IMG/VR virus record: IMGVR_UViG_3300037856_000060
Span: 1 to 46,681 of that record
Origin: a virus
Taxonomy: Duplodnaviria; Caudoviricetes
DNA length: 46,681 nucleotides
Strand: one strand, 5' to 3'
Part shown: positions 18,098-26,289 of the stretch, one piece after another
How the letters are laid out: every line of letters starts with the position of its first letter
How positions within the stretch are numbered: position 1 is the first letter of the stretch
Position numbers and translations under genes: made by a program
Notes under the pieces: model-generated
What the model was told of the DNA's origin: nothing
Databases searched by the model: none
What the model saw: only the letters and a program-made list of their open reading frames with translations

Positions 18098-18481
18098 TTA
18101 TGCCGTGGTGCGCGCGACGATGTTGAGGGCTTCGAGCTCGGCGAGCTTCGCCGCTTTCTTGGTGTCGTCGTCGACCGTGTCGTCGAAAGTCAGCATGTCG
18201 GCCGACACGATCGCGGGACCGCGCTTGAGGATCACTGCACCAGCGACGTCGCCATCGGTCGCGTCGATCTCGCGCAGGAGCACGCCCGCAGCAGTCTGCG
18301 CTCCATCCGAGCCACCGGCAGTGGCCAGCTTGTGCTTGCCTCCGCTCGTGATCCGGCCGACCACGGAGCCGGCAGGATAGATCGCACCCGTCAGCATCGT
18401 GACGACCTCGCGGGTGAAATTGGGGTTGTACTCGTCCTTAAGGACGTCGCCCATGGTGGGCTTCTTGATCAGCGGTGCCAT
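18098..18481 (-). CDS. Head decoration protein (gpD-like)
   Basis: 127 aa between protease and capsid genes; GSVVGRIT..GK and DGAQTAAGVL. Confidence 0.82.
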   Translation of the reverse strand: MAPLIKKPTMGDVLKDEYNPNFTREVVTMLTGAIYPAGSVVGRITSGGKHKLATAGGSDGAQTAAGVLLREIDATDGDVAGAVILKRGPAIVSADMLTFDDTVDDDTKKAAKLAELEALNIVARTTA

Positions 18482-18537
18482 GTGTCAATCCTCTGGCTTT
18501 GGGGTGGGGCCGACAGCGGTACCGCTGCCGGGAAGGA

Positions 18538-18981
18538 TCAGTGCGCTGGGGTCTTCGGCTTCGCAGCCTCGGCCTGGCGCCGCGCGGCGGCGATGATCGG
18601 GCTGTCAGCCGCCGCGGGCTGCTGGCGCGACGGCGTCGTGACGAGCACGTCACGCGCATCCGCTGCCGCCGCGGCCTGCTCGAGGACGCTGGCGCGCAAC
18701 GCGGCTGGGCTGGTGCCCGCGCCGATCGCCGCCGCCACGTCGACGGTCACACCGAGGCGCGCGGCCTCGCTCGCGATGCCCGCAATCTCGGCCGCCTCGC
18801 GCCGCACCTGGTCGACCGCGTTGGCGCTGGCTTCGGGGGTGGCAGGCGCCGCAGCAGGCGTCGCCGCGTTCGCTTGCGGTACCTCGGTCGGCACCGCAGC
18901 TGCCGGACCGCTCGCGGGATCCGCTGCTGTCTGCGCCTGGTCGTCATTCGCCGTGATGGCGGCTTCGGTATTCGGGTCCAT
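18538..18981 (-). CDS. Nested in-frame scaffolding protein (Nu3-like)
   Basis: In-frame ATG (MDPNTEAA) with GGAG 8 nt upstream, at the protease/scaffold boundary. Confidence 0.6.
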   Translation of the reverse strand: MDPNTEAAITANDDQAQTAADPASGPAAAVPTEVPQANAATPAAAPATPEASANAVDQVRREAAEIAGIASEAARLGVTVDVAAAIGAGTSPAALRASVLEQAAAAADARDVLVTTPSRQQPAAADSPIIAAARRQAEAAKPKTPAH

Positions 18982-19968
18982 GGTGTTCGCTCCATTCTGC
19001 CGGGATCCTGTTGCGCGTCCCGCCGTCGCGCCTGTGGGCGACGCACGCCGCCCGTTCACACTGCCCGCGAAGCGGGCAAACGCACCGGCCAGGTCAGAGA
19101 CCTCATCGGCCAGGCCCGCTGCCACTGCGTCCTGGCCGCGATAGCTGTCGGCTTCGGTCGCGCGCGCCGCATCCGCGGTGAGCCGCGCGCCCCTTCCAAG
19201 CGCCACGGTCTGCACGAACAACTCGCGCACCGCGTCGATCTCGGCCTGAACATCGTCGCGCACCTCAGGCGGCAGCGGCTCATAGGGATTGCCGTCGACC
19301 TTGTGCGCGCCCGAATGGATCAGCGTCACCGCGACGCCCTCGCCCTGCATGCGCCGGCTCATGTCCATGTGCATGACCACGATACCGATGCTGCCAACCG
19401 CCCCAGTGCGCGGCAGGATGATCCGGTCGGCCTGGCTGGCGATCGCGTAGCCTGCCGAGAAGGCATGCTCGCCTACAAATGCATGCACGGGCTTTGCCAC
19501 TCGCGCCGCCCGGATCACGTCGGCCAAGTCGAACGCCCCCGCGACCTCGCCGCCGAAGCTGTCGATCTCGAGCGCGATGCCGCGGATCGACGGATCCTCG
19601 ACCGCCGCACGAACCTGCGCCGTCAGCCCCTCGTAGGAAGTGACCCCAGAGGATTGCCCGAGCCAAGCGCCGCGATGCACCAGCGTGCCCGAAACCTCGA
19701 TCACCGCGATGTTGTCCTTCACCGCGAAGGGGCGGCGCCCGTTGCGCGCATAGCGCTCGGCCACATCGGAGGTCAGCACGCCTGCGCGCGCAGGCGCTCG
19801 TGCCTGCGCCAGCGCCTCGGGCTCGATCGCGACATTCTCGAAGCGCAACTCGCCCCCGCTGATCCGCGTCCCCATGCCCGCCAGGAACGCCAGCGCCTTG
19901 GCAGGCTGCACCATCAAGGGCGTGTTGAAGGCGCGCGCCGCAATCTGCGCGTGAAGCATGCTTGTCAC
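18538..19968 (-). CDS. S49 prohead protease (gpC-like) with C-terminal scaffold
   Basis: LEIDSFGGEV, AFSAGYAIAS, GAVGSIGIV, HSGAHKVDGNPY; low-complexity acidic C-terminus. Confidence 0.92.
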   Translation of the reverse strand: MTSMLHAQIAARAFNTPLMVQPAKALAFLAGMGTRISGGELRFENVAIEPEALAQARAPARAGVLTSDVAERYARNGRRPFAVKDNIAVIEVSGTLVHRGAWLGQSSGVTSYEGLTAQVRAAVEDPSIRGIALEIDSFGGEVAGAFDLADVIRAARVAKPVHAFVGEHAFSAGYAIASQADRIILPRTGAVGSIGIVVMHMDMSRRMQGEGVAVTLIHSGAHKVDGNPYEPLPPEVRDDVQAEIDAVRELFVQTVALGRGARLTADAARATEADSYRGQDAVAAGLADEVSDLAGAFARFAGSVNGRRASPTGATAGRATGSRQNGANTMDPNTEAAITANDDQAQTAADPASGPAAAVPTEVPQANAATPAAAPATPEASANAVDQVRREAAEIAGIASEAARLGVTVDVAAAIGAGTSPAALRASVLEQAAAAADARDVLVTTPSRQQPAAADSPIIAAARRQAEAAKPKTPAH

Positions 19969-21494
19969 TCCTCGTCAGCGCGCCGCGGCGCGTCGGTATC
20001 ATCTTCTTCGTCGTCGCTGTCGCTCTCATCTTCGCGGCCGGGCACCGATCCAGGCGTGGCGCCGGTCGACGGGGCGGCACCCTGTGGCGATCCGGGACGA
20101 CGGAAGTCGAGGCCGAGTTCGCGCTCGCGGGCGCGTTCCTCCGCGATCTCGCGATCCACCTCCTCGGCGTCGTAGCCGCGCTCGGCGATCGCCTGCGTGC
20201 GCGACTTCAGGCCACCCTCGATCTGTGCCAGTTCCGCGTTCGCGTCCTTCAGCGGATCGACCCAATCCCACTTGGTGGGCAACCAGTCGGCGCGCTGGTA
20301 GAGCGCGCGCTGGCTCTGATAGTTCGGCAACGTGATGGCATCCGAGAAGTCGACCACGTCGAGCCAGCGCTCGAAGACCGGGCGGCACATCTGGTACACC
20401 ATCACGCCATGCTGCCAGGCTGCGACGCGGCGGCGAAACTCGATCAGCGCCAGGCGTGAGTTCGAGAAGTTGCCCTTCACCATATCGTTGGTCAGGTACG
20501 GATACGGGATCCCGAGTGCGGCCGAGACCTGCAGGAGCGTGCGGTACTGGAACGGCTCGTAGGTGCCGCCCGAATCCGCCGGCTGGCCTACCGTCACCTC
20601 CTCGCCCGCGTCGAGTCGTGTCACCAGCCCCGGCGACAGCTCGATCTCGTTGTCGTCCTCTGCTGGTGCCAGCGGGTTCTCGGCCGCGGGCGTGGTGATG
20701 AAGATTGCGAACATCGCTGCGATCTTCTTGCGGTCCAGCTCGGCATCGTCGTACTGGTCCAGCAGAAACAGCTTGACGATCGCGGGCGCGAACTTCGACA
20801 CACCCCGCAGCTGGCCCGCTTCGACCGGGTCAATGATGTGCAGCACCTCGGAGGCAGGCACCCGGGTGATCTCGCCGCTAAACTCCTGCTCTGTGACATC
20901 ACCCGGGTGACGGCGGTAGAAGTGGTAGGCCTGTCTGCGTCCCAGCCGGTCGAACTCGATCCCCTGTCGTATGCGATTGCCGTTCGCCGCAACCTGAGTG
21001 AGGTTCATCGGCAGCATCTCCGAGGGCAGCAGCTGCAGCTGCAACGGCACCCGCAAGCCGTCCTCGGCGCGCCGCGGCCGGAAGCGGATGAACACCTCAC
21101 CACACATGAAGACTTCGCGCGCCGCCCGGCGCTGGAGCCCGTAGAAATCGGTGATCCCCTCGCTGTCGGCCTCGTCGGTCCATGAGAGCCATAGTCTCTG
21201 CAGTTCCTCCTTCACCGCGCGGTCGCGCAGCTTCAGGACCGGCTTGATCCCGTCGCCCACCGCGTTGCCCGCCCAGCTCTCGATCGCGTTCGCGGCATAG
21301 CCGTTGTTGCGCACCAGCCACCGGGCGCGCGCATTCATGTCCGGGCCCGCCGCGGCGATCAGCGTGTTGACGTGCGCGCGTGCCGGCATGAACTTGCGCA
21401 GCCGCCCCGAGCGCTGAGAACCCTCGAAGCCCCCTGTCCAGAGCGCCATCGGTTCGCCTGCGATCATCGCGCCGAGCTTCTTGCGCCACGTCAT
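19965..21494 (-). CDS. Portal protein (lambda gpB family)
   Basis: ARARWLVRNNGYA, GIEFDRLGRR.AYH, GQLRGVS, NFSNSRLALIEF, WDWVDPLKD. Confidence 0.93.
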   Translation of the reverse strand: MTWRKKLGAMIAGEPMALWTGGFEGSQRSGRLRKFMPARAHVNTLIAAAGPDMNARARWLVRNNGYAANAIESWAGNAVGDGIKPVLKLRDRAVKEELQRLWLSWTDEADSEGITDFYGLQRRAAREVFMCGEVFIRFRPRRAEDGLRVPLQLQLLPSEMLPMNLTQVAANGNRIRQGIEFDRLGRRQAYHFYRRHPGDVTEQEFSGEITRVPASEVLHIIDPVEAGQLRGVSKFAPAIVKLFLLDQYDDAELDRKKIAAMFAIFITTPAAENPLAPAEDDNEIELSPGLVTRLDAGEEVTVGQPADSGGTYEPFQYRTLLQVSAALGIPYPYLTNDMVKGNFSNSRLALIEFRRRVAAWQHGVMVYQMCRPVFERWLDVVDFSDAITLPNYQSQRALYQRADWLPTKWDWVDPLKDANAELAQIEGGLKSRTQAIAERGYDAEEVDREIAEERARERELGLDFRRPGSPQGAAPSTGATPGSVPGREDESDSDDEEDDTDAPRRADEE

Positions 21495-21495
21495 C

Positions 21496-21705
21496 TCAGA
21501 GACCCTTTCCGGCGTAGGTGCGCGACATGCGCGAGCGAGGCCGCTCAAGAGCGGCGATTTCCCCTTCGAGATCCGAGATCGCAGCCTTCATCTCTGCATC
21601 GCTGGCATAGGTGACCGAGCGACCCTCGTAGCTGACGCTGCGCACGCCTGCGTAGCGCGCAGCTTTCAGCGCCGTCAGCTTCGTCTTCATCTGCTCGAGC
21701 GTCAT
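21496..21705 (-). CDS. Head completion protein (gpW-like)
   Basis: 69 aa, GVRSVSYEGRSVTY, between terminase and portal genes. Confidence 0.85.
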   Translation of the reverse strand: MTLEQMKTKLTALKAARYAGVRSVSYEGRSVTYASDAEMKAAISDLEGEIAALERPRSRMSRTYAGKGL

Positions 21706-21719
21706 GGGTCCTCGCGATC

Positions 21720-23711
21720 TCAGCGTCGTTTGCGCCGGCGGCGCGGTGTCAGCACAGCACCCGCCACCGGCGCGTTCGGCGTGTTGCCATCAGGTGCGGC
21801 TTCGGGCTCGGGCGAGGCGACGCCCGCTTGCGCCTCGAGGCTGCGCCAGGTGTCCTCGTTCCACCGATCGGCTCCGAGGATCCACGCTGCCGCCCGCGCA
21901 TAGACGCGCAGGTCCAGGGCCTCGTTGCGCTCGCGCAGCTTCTGCCACTCCAGTCGCCCAACGCCGCGGCGGTTGCGGATCGTGACCAGCTGTTCGGAGA
22001 CCAGCTGTTTCATCCATTCGGTGTCGGCCCAGTCGGGCAGATGCACATAGCCGGGCGGCCAGCGCGTGCCGGCAGCCAGATCCTCGTCGGAGGGCCGCTC
22101 CAGCTTCAGGAACCGATAGGTCTCCTGCTTGAAGGTCGAGACCGCGACCGTCCACAGCCGCGCACCGCGGCGCAGCCGCTTGCCGCCGATTGTCGCGTCC
22201 ACGAATGTCGGGCCCGAGACAGGGGCAGAGCGGTTGAAACCCTCGACGCCCTTGACCGGCGCGACCTGCGCGAAGCCCTGCCGGCGCGACCAGGCATAGA
22301 CCGCGGCACTCTCATAACCCGTATCGATCGCGAGCTTGGCGATCTGCATCACCGCGCCGCTCTCGTGCGTCCAGGTCGCGCCCAGCACTGTTGTCAGCTC
22401 GTCCCATGACTCGGGCCGCTTCGGCCCGCCCTCGATCACCCGGTGATCGACCAGCCAGCTCTCCAGATCCCGGCCCCAGGCCCAGACGTCGACCTCGAGA
22501 CGATCGGCCTGTACATCGACGCCTGCGGTCAGGAACAGACCGCGCGACGGGATGTCGGCATCACCATACGATCCGCGTCGATCCTGCAAGCGCTGCCATT
22601 CCGGCGCGTCGCCGCTCTCGGTCCATGTGATGCCCAGCACGGTGTTCGCGAAAGCGCGCTGCGCCTCCATCGAGCCTGCGGCGGCTTCCTTCTTGCGAGC
22701 GATCTGCACCCAGGATTCCCAGCCCACAGGCGAATAGAGAGCTGAGATGTGGTAACCGAGATGTCGCGGATCGCTCGAGACCGCAGTCGGACGCCACTCC
22801 CCGCGCTCCAGCATCCGTGTCTTGTGATGCTCCTCGATCGGGCGCTCGCAGCCCTCACAGTGATAGGCTGCCGTCTCGGGGCGGCCCTTGTCCCAGCGCA
22901 GCCGCTCGAATTCCAGCCACTGCATGTGGTCACAATGCGGACAGGGCACGAAGTACCGCCGTTGGTCGCTGGTCTCGAACTCGCGCTCGATCCGGCTGAC
23001 ACCCCTTACCGTCGGGGTCGAGATCATCAGGATCTTGCGGCGATGCGCGAAGGTTGCGGTACGCGCCACCGCCAACGCCACCGGATCGCCTTCCTCATCT
23101 GCCGATTGCGGAAACCCGTCGACTTCGTCGAGAAACAGGTAGCGCGCCGGCATCGAGCGCAGCCCGACTGCGCTGTTCGCCCCGGTCAGCACCAGCACCC
23201 CGCCAGGAAAGTCCTTCGACAGCATCGTGTTGCCCGCATCGCGCGCCCGGGCCGGTTTGACCAACTCGCGCAGCGCCGGGCTTTCCTCGATCAGTGGGTC
23301 GATCCGGCCTCGCGAGTTGCGCTTGGCGAGCTCTACCGTCGGCAGCACCGCCAGCATCGGTCCCGGCGCGTGGTGGATCACGAAGCCGATCCAGTTGTTG
23401 CCGGTCTCTGTCGCACCGACCTGCGCGCCCTTCATGAAGGTCACGCGCTGCGCGGGATCGCCGGGCGACAGCCGGTCCATGATCTCGCGCAGGTAGGGCG
23501 TGCGTGCTGTCCGGTACCGGCCCGGCTCGGCCGAGGCCTTTGCGGCAAGAACCCGGTGCTCGTCGGCCCATTCTGAGACCGTCAGCAGCTGGTCTGGGCG
23601 CAGACCGCGACGCCAGGCGGCCAGCAGCCCGGTGCCGCCGTCGAACGCCCAGTCGTCAGGATCCAAGCCTGGCACTTGGTTCGGCGAGGGCCTCGAGCTG
23701 GCTGCGCACAT
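21720..23711 (-). CDS. Terminase large subunit (lambda gpA family)
   Basis: MKGAQVGAT (Walker A), YLFLDEVD (Walker B), ISTPT, CPHC/CEGC, TAGVDVQ nuclease motif. Start position uncertain. Confidence 0.93.
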   Translation of the reverse strand: MCAASSRPSPNQVPGLDPDDWAFDGGTGLLAAWRRGLRPDQLLTVSEWADEHRVLAAKASAEPGRYRTARTPYLREIMDRLSPGDPAQRVTFMKGAQVGATETGNNWIGFVIHHAPGPMLAVLPTVELAKRNSRGRIDPLIEESPALRELVKPARARDAGNTMLSKDFPGGVLVLTGANSAVGLRSMPARYLFLDEVDGFPQSADEEGDPVALAVARTATFAHRRKILMISTPTVRGVSRIEREFETSDQRRYFVPCPHCDHMQWLEFERLRWDKGRPETAAYHCEGCERPIEEHHKTRMLERGEWRPTAVSSDPRHLGYHISALYSPVGWESWVQIARKKEAAAGSMEAQRAFANTVLGITWTESGDAPEWQRLQDRRGSYGDADIPSRGLFLTAGVDVQADRLEVDVWAWGRDLESWLVDHRVIEGGPKRPESWDELTTVLGATWTHESGAVMQIAKLAIDTGYESAAVYAWSRRQGFAQVAPVKGVEGFNRSAPVSGPTFVDATIGGKRLRRGARLWTVAVSTFKQETYRFLKLERPSDEDLAAGTRWPPGYVHLPDWADTEWMKQLVSEQLVTIRNRRGVGRLEWQKLRERNEALDLRVYARAAAWILGADRWNEDTWRSLEAQAGVASPEPEAAPDGNTPNAPVAGAVLTPRRRRKRR

Positions 23712-24213
23712 GGTCTTCCAGAATCCTTTGCGCGACGCCTGGGTCGATCACCACCTTCGTGCCGGTCTCCTTCTCGATCGCCGCCGCGATCTCCGCGGCC
23801 ACCAGTGCCGCCACCCGCGCCGGGAACGTCACCCAGGCATCGCGCTCCTGCCGCGCCAGCTTGAAGAACAGAGCCTCGGCCCGGGCGCGCTCGACCAACT
23901 CGCCGCGCTGGCGCGCGAGCAGCATCTGGTTGCGCTGCGCCTTTATCACCTCGTTGGCGGTGCGCGCCTTGAGATAGGCGGCCGGGTCAGAGCTGCCGGT
24001 CGGTGCCGCGGGTCCTGCTGCCACCGCCTCGCCTGCGATCTTCGCCACCGCCTTCAGTGGGTTGGTGGTCAGCTGGTACCTTTTGTCCGACGCTGCCGCG
24101 TTGATCGAACCGTCCGGATAGAGAACCAGCCGCCCGTACTTCTTTGCCTTCTGCACCGCGCCGCGTGAGAGGCCGGCGTGCGCAGAGTATTCGCGCTCGC
24201 TCATGCCCTTCAT
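23656..24213 (-). CDS. Terminase small subunit (Nu1-like)
   Basis: N-terminal wHTH (SEREYSAHAGLSRGAVQKA) and coiled coil QRGELVER; directly upstream of the large subunit. Confidence 0.82.
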   Translation of the reverse strand: MKGMSEREYSAHAGLSRGAVQKAKKYGRLVLYPDGSINAAASDKRYQLTTNPLKAVAKIAGEAVAAGPAAPTGSSDPAAYLKARTANEVIKAQRNQMLLARQRGELVERARAEALFFKLARQERDAWVTFPARVAALVAAEIAAAIEKETGTKVVIDPGVAQRILEDHVRSQLEALAEPSARLGS

Positions 24214-24234
24214 GCGGCGTCTATCTCCGATGAT

Positions 24235-24325
24235 AAAGCACTGTTATTGCTTATATTTTCCTACACTAGCAGCGCCACAAGAGCGATGGTGATCGCACGA
24301 AGCGACGCACCCCGCGACGCACCAG
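24235..24325 (+). repeat. 91-bp leader repeat, copy 1 (putative promoter/operator)
   Basis: Ungapped match to 25055-25145 with 13 mismatches counted by eye; followed by GGAG and an ATG. Confidence 0.88.
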
Positions 24326-24341
24326 ACCCGGAGCAAAAGCC

Positions 24342-24518
24342 ATGACCACCACCGACATCGTCCTGCGCATCAATGACGCGATCCGCACCGGCGACCAGCG
24401 CGATCTCGACGACCTGGCGACGCAGATCAACGACCTGCTGATCGAAGACACCGCCCGCGACGCCTGGCTCGCGCTGATCGAGACCGCGGGCGAAGCCATC
24501 GCCGGCGAGTTCTGCTGA
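24342..24518 (+). CDS. Small acidic hypothetical protein (58 aa)
   Basis: MTTTDIVLRINDAIRTGDQRDLDDLATQINDLLIEDTARDAWLALIETAGEAIAGEFC; GGAG RBS; high-GC3 codons. Confidence 0.72.
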   Translation: MTTTDIVLRINDAIRTGDQRDLDDLATQINDLLIEDTARDAWLALIETAGEAIAGEFC

Positions 24519-24568
24519 CCCACTGCACCCCGGCCACGCGCCGGGGCGATCATTCAGGAGCACCAATC

Positions 24569-24838
24569 ATGAGCAACTCAGCCACCCTGACCGAAGCCGA
24601 TTTCGCCGCACTGCTCGCGCGCAGCGCAACCATCCATCACGACCGGGCCAGCCTCCGGGTCTCGTGGGTTCCGCTGGCGGGCAGCCTTGGACTCGGGGCT
24701 GGCGTAATGCCCAAGGAACGCCGGTTCGTGATGGAAGGCCCCAGCGGTCGGCACAGCCTGCTGGTCGACGCGACCGACCTTGACCGGCTCGACGCGCATT
24801 GGCGCGTGTTCTGCTCGGACGCGCGCAACCGCCGATAA
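24569..24838 (+). CDS. Hypothetical protein (89 aa)
   Basis: AGGAG RBS upstream; co-oriented within the small-gene cluster. Confidence 0.68.
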   Translation: MSNSATLTEADFAALLARSATIHHDRASLRVSWVPLAGSLGLGAGVMPKERRFVMEGPSGRHSLLVDATDLDRLDAHWRVFCSDARNRR

Positions 24839-24887
24839 CAATCGCCAGTGACGCGCCGGGACACCACCTCATCCCAAGGAGCCTTCT

Positions 24888-25064
24888 ATGACCCTTCCGT
24901 CCCTCAACTGCCTGTCCGAGGGCGTGACCCTCTGCATGGCACGCCGCATCAACGACCCGACCAGCGCGCGCTACATGCGCGACTGCATCCGCCACGCAAT
25001 CCGCTCGATCAGGCTCTATCGCAAGCAGCTGGACCTGCGCGCTGCCGATTGCAGAAAGCACTGA
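24888..25064 (+). CDS. Small basic hypothetical protein (58 aa)
   Basis: AAGGAG RBS; MTLPSLNCLSEG...RKH, with the stop inside repeat copy 2. Confidence 0.55.
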   Translation: MTLPSLNCLSEGVTLCMARRINDPTSARYMRDCIRHAIRSIRLYRKQLDLRAADCRKH

Positions 25065-25145
25065 TATTGCTCCGGTTTCGCTACACTACCAGCGCGACGA
25101 GAGCGATGGTGTTTACACGAAGCGACGCACCCCGCGACGCACCAG
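25055..25145 (+). repeat. 91-bp leader repeat, copy 2
   Basis: Matches 24235-24325 at an offset of 820 bp; followed by GGAG and the ATG at 25162. Confidence 0.88.
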
Positions 25146-25161
25146 CGACGGAGACGACACC

Positions 25162-25386
25162 ATGAGCAAGCTCGCAAGCAACAACACCAAGCAGGTCGAA
25201 GCCTTCATCAGCAAGGTCTGCCAGATCGACAGCATCCTCGAGCGACTCAAGTCCGCAGCCGACGACCACTTCGATACTGACCCTGAGAAGATCAACTGGA
25301 CAGACGTCGCCGAGATCAGTCGCGTCGCCGAAGCCCTGCAGCAAGTCAGCGACATGGTCTTTCGAGAGGGCGAGTACGCCGCTTGA
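25162..25386 (+). CDS. Small acidic hypothetical protein (74 aa)
   Basis: GGAG RBS; DDHFDTDPEKINWTDV motif. Confidence 0.75.
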   Translation: MSKLASNNTKQVEAFISKVCQIDSILERLKSAADDHFDTDPEKINWTDVAEISRVAEALQQVSDMVFREGEYAA

Positions 25387-25478
25387 CGCGAAAGCGTCGC
25401 TGCGCCCGGCCCGCCAAGTGCGGGCTCGGCTCCGTAGGAGCGCAGCACTCCGCGCGCCCGCACAAACAGGAGCCGACC

Positions 25479-26063
25479 ATGAACCAGCTTTCCGACACGC
25501 AAGCCCTGATCCTCAGCGCCGCCGCACAGCGCCCCGACCGGATCGCCCTTCCGCTTCCCGCCAGCTTGCGCGGTGGCGCGGCGGCCAAGGTGGTGGTTGC
25601 CATGAAGCGGCGCGGCTTCCTCGAAGAGGTCGAGGCGGACATGCGCAACGGCGAGACCATCTGGCGCGAGACCGGCGACGGCCATGGCGTCACGCTGGTG
25701 GCCACGGCCGCGGGTCTGGCCGCGATCGGGATCGAACCCGAAGACGCCGACGACACGCCAGCGGACGGCACACAGGCGCAAACCGCGCAGGAAGCGAACG
25801 ACGCTGGGGCCGAGGGCGAGGTTGCGCCCACAGCGCGCCCCACACGCACTGCGCGCGAAGGCACCAAGCAGGCATGTGTGCTCGACATGCTGCGTCGGCC
25901 CAAGGGCGCGACCACAGCGGAGATCGCAGAGGCAACCGGCTGGCAACAGCACACCGTACGATCGACCCTGTCGCACGCGATCCAGAAGCGCCTCGGCATC
26001 CCACTCGTCTCCGAACAGGTCGAGGGTCGCGGCCGCGTCCACCGAGTGGCAGACGAAGCCTGA
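25479..26063 (+). CDS. DUF3489-like protein with C-terminal HTH
   Basis: MNQLSDTQALILSAAAQR start with AGGAG RBS; REGTKQA.VLDMLRRPKGAT..EI.EATGWQQHTVRS motif. Confidence 0.8.
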   Translation: MNQLSDTQALILSAAAQRPDRIALPLPASLRGGAAAKVVVAMKRRGFLEEVEADMRNGETIWRETGDGHGVTLVATAAGLAAIGIEPEDADDTPADGTQAQTAQEANDAGAEGEVAPTARPTRTAREGTKQACVLDMLRRPKGATTAEIAEATGWQQHTVRSTLSHAIQKRLGIPLVSEQVEGRGRVHRVADEA

Positions 26064-26079
26064 TCCGAGCTGCCGCTGC

Positions 26080-26289
26080 TCAGCGCCAGCGCTCGAAGAA
26101 CCGGCGCAGCGCATACGAGCGCAGGATCGACGCCACCGTGAACGCGACAGCCAGCCCGATGTGGCTGGCTGTCTCGATCCGGATCCCGAAGACCGGGAAC
26201 AGAACCATCTGCAAGCCCAGCGCGACGCCGAATCCCGGCAGAACGTTCGCGCAAGCCTCGAGCAGCGACTGGCGGCGTGTCTGTCTCAT
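26080..26289 (-). CDS. Small two-TM membrane protein coupled to the MTase genes
   Basis: MRQTRRQSLLEACANV...FTVASILRSYALRRFFE; ATGA overlap with the MTase stop. Confidence 0.72.
   Translation of the reverse strand: MRQTRRQSLLEACANVLPGFGVALGLQMVLFPVFGIRIETASHIGLAVAFTVASILRSYALRRFFERWR

Noticed and set aside
16145-19144. 999-aa plus-strand ORF
   Set aside because: Antisense to well-supported capsid-module genes; no recognisable domain.
24235-25145. 91-bp repeat pair as DGR TR/VR, att sites or IS ends
   Set aside because: No reverse transcriptase or transposase; mismatches are not confined to adenines; both copies sit at 5' leaders.
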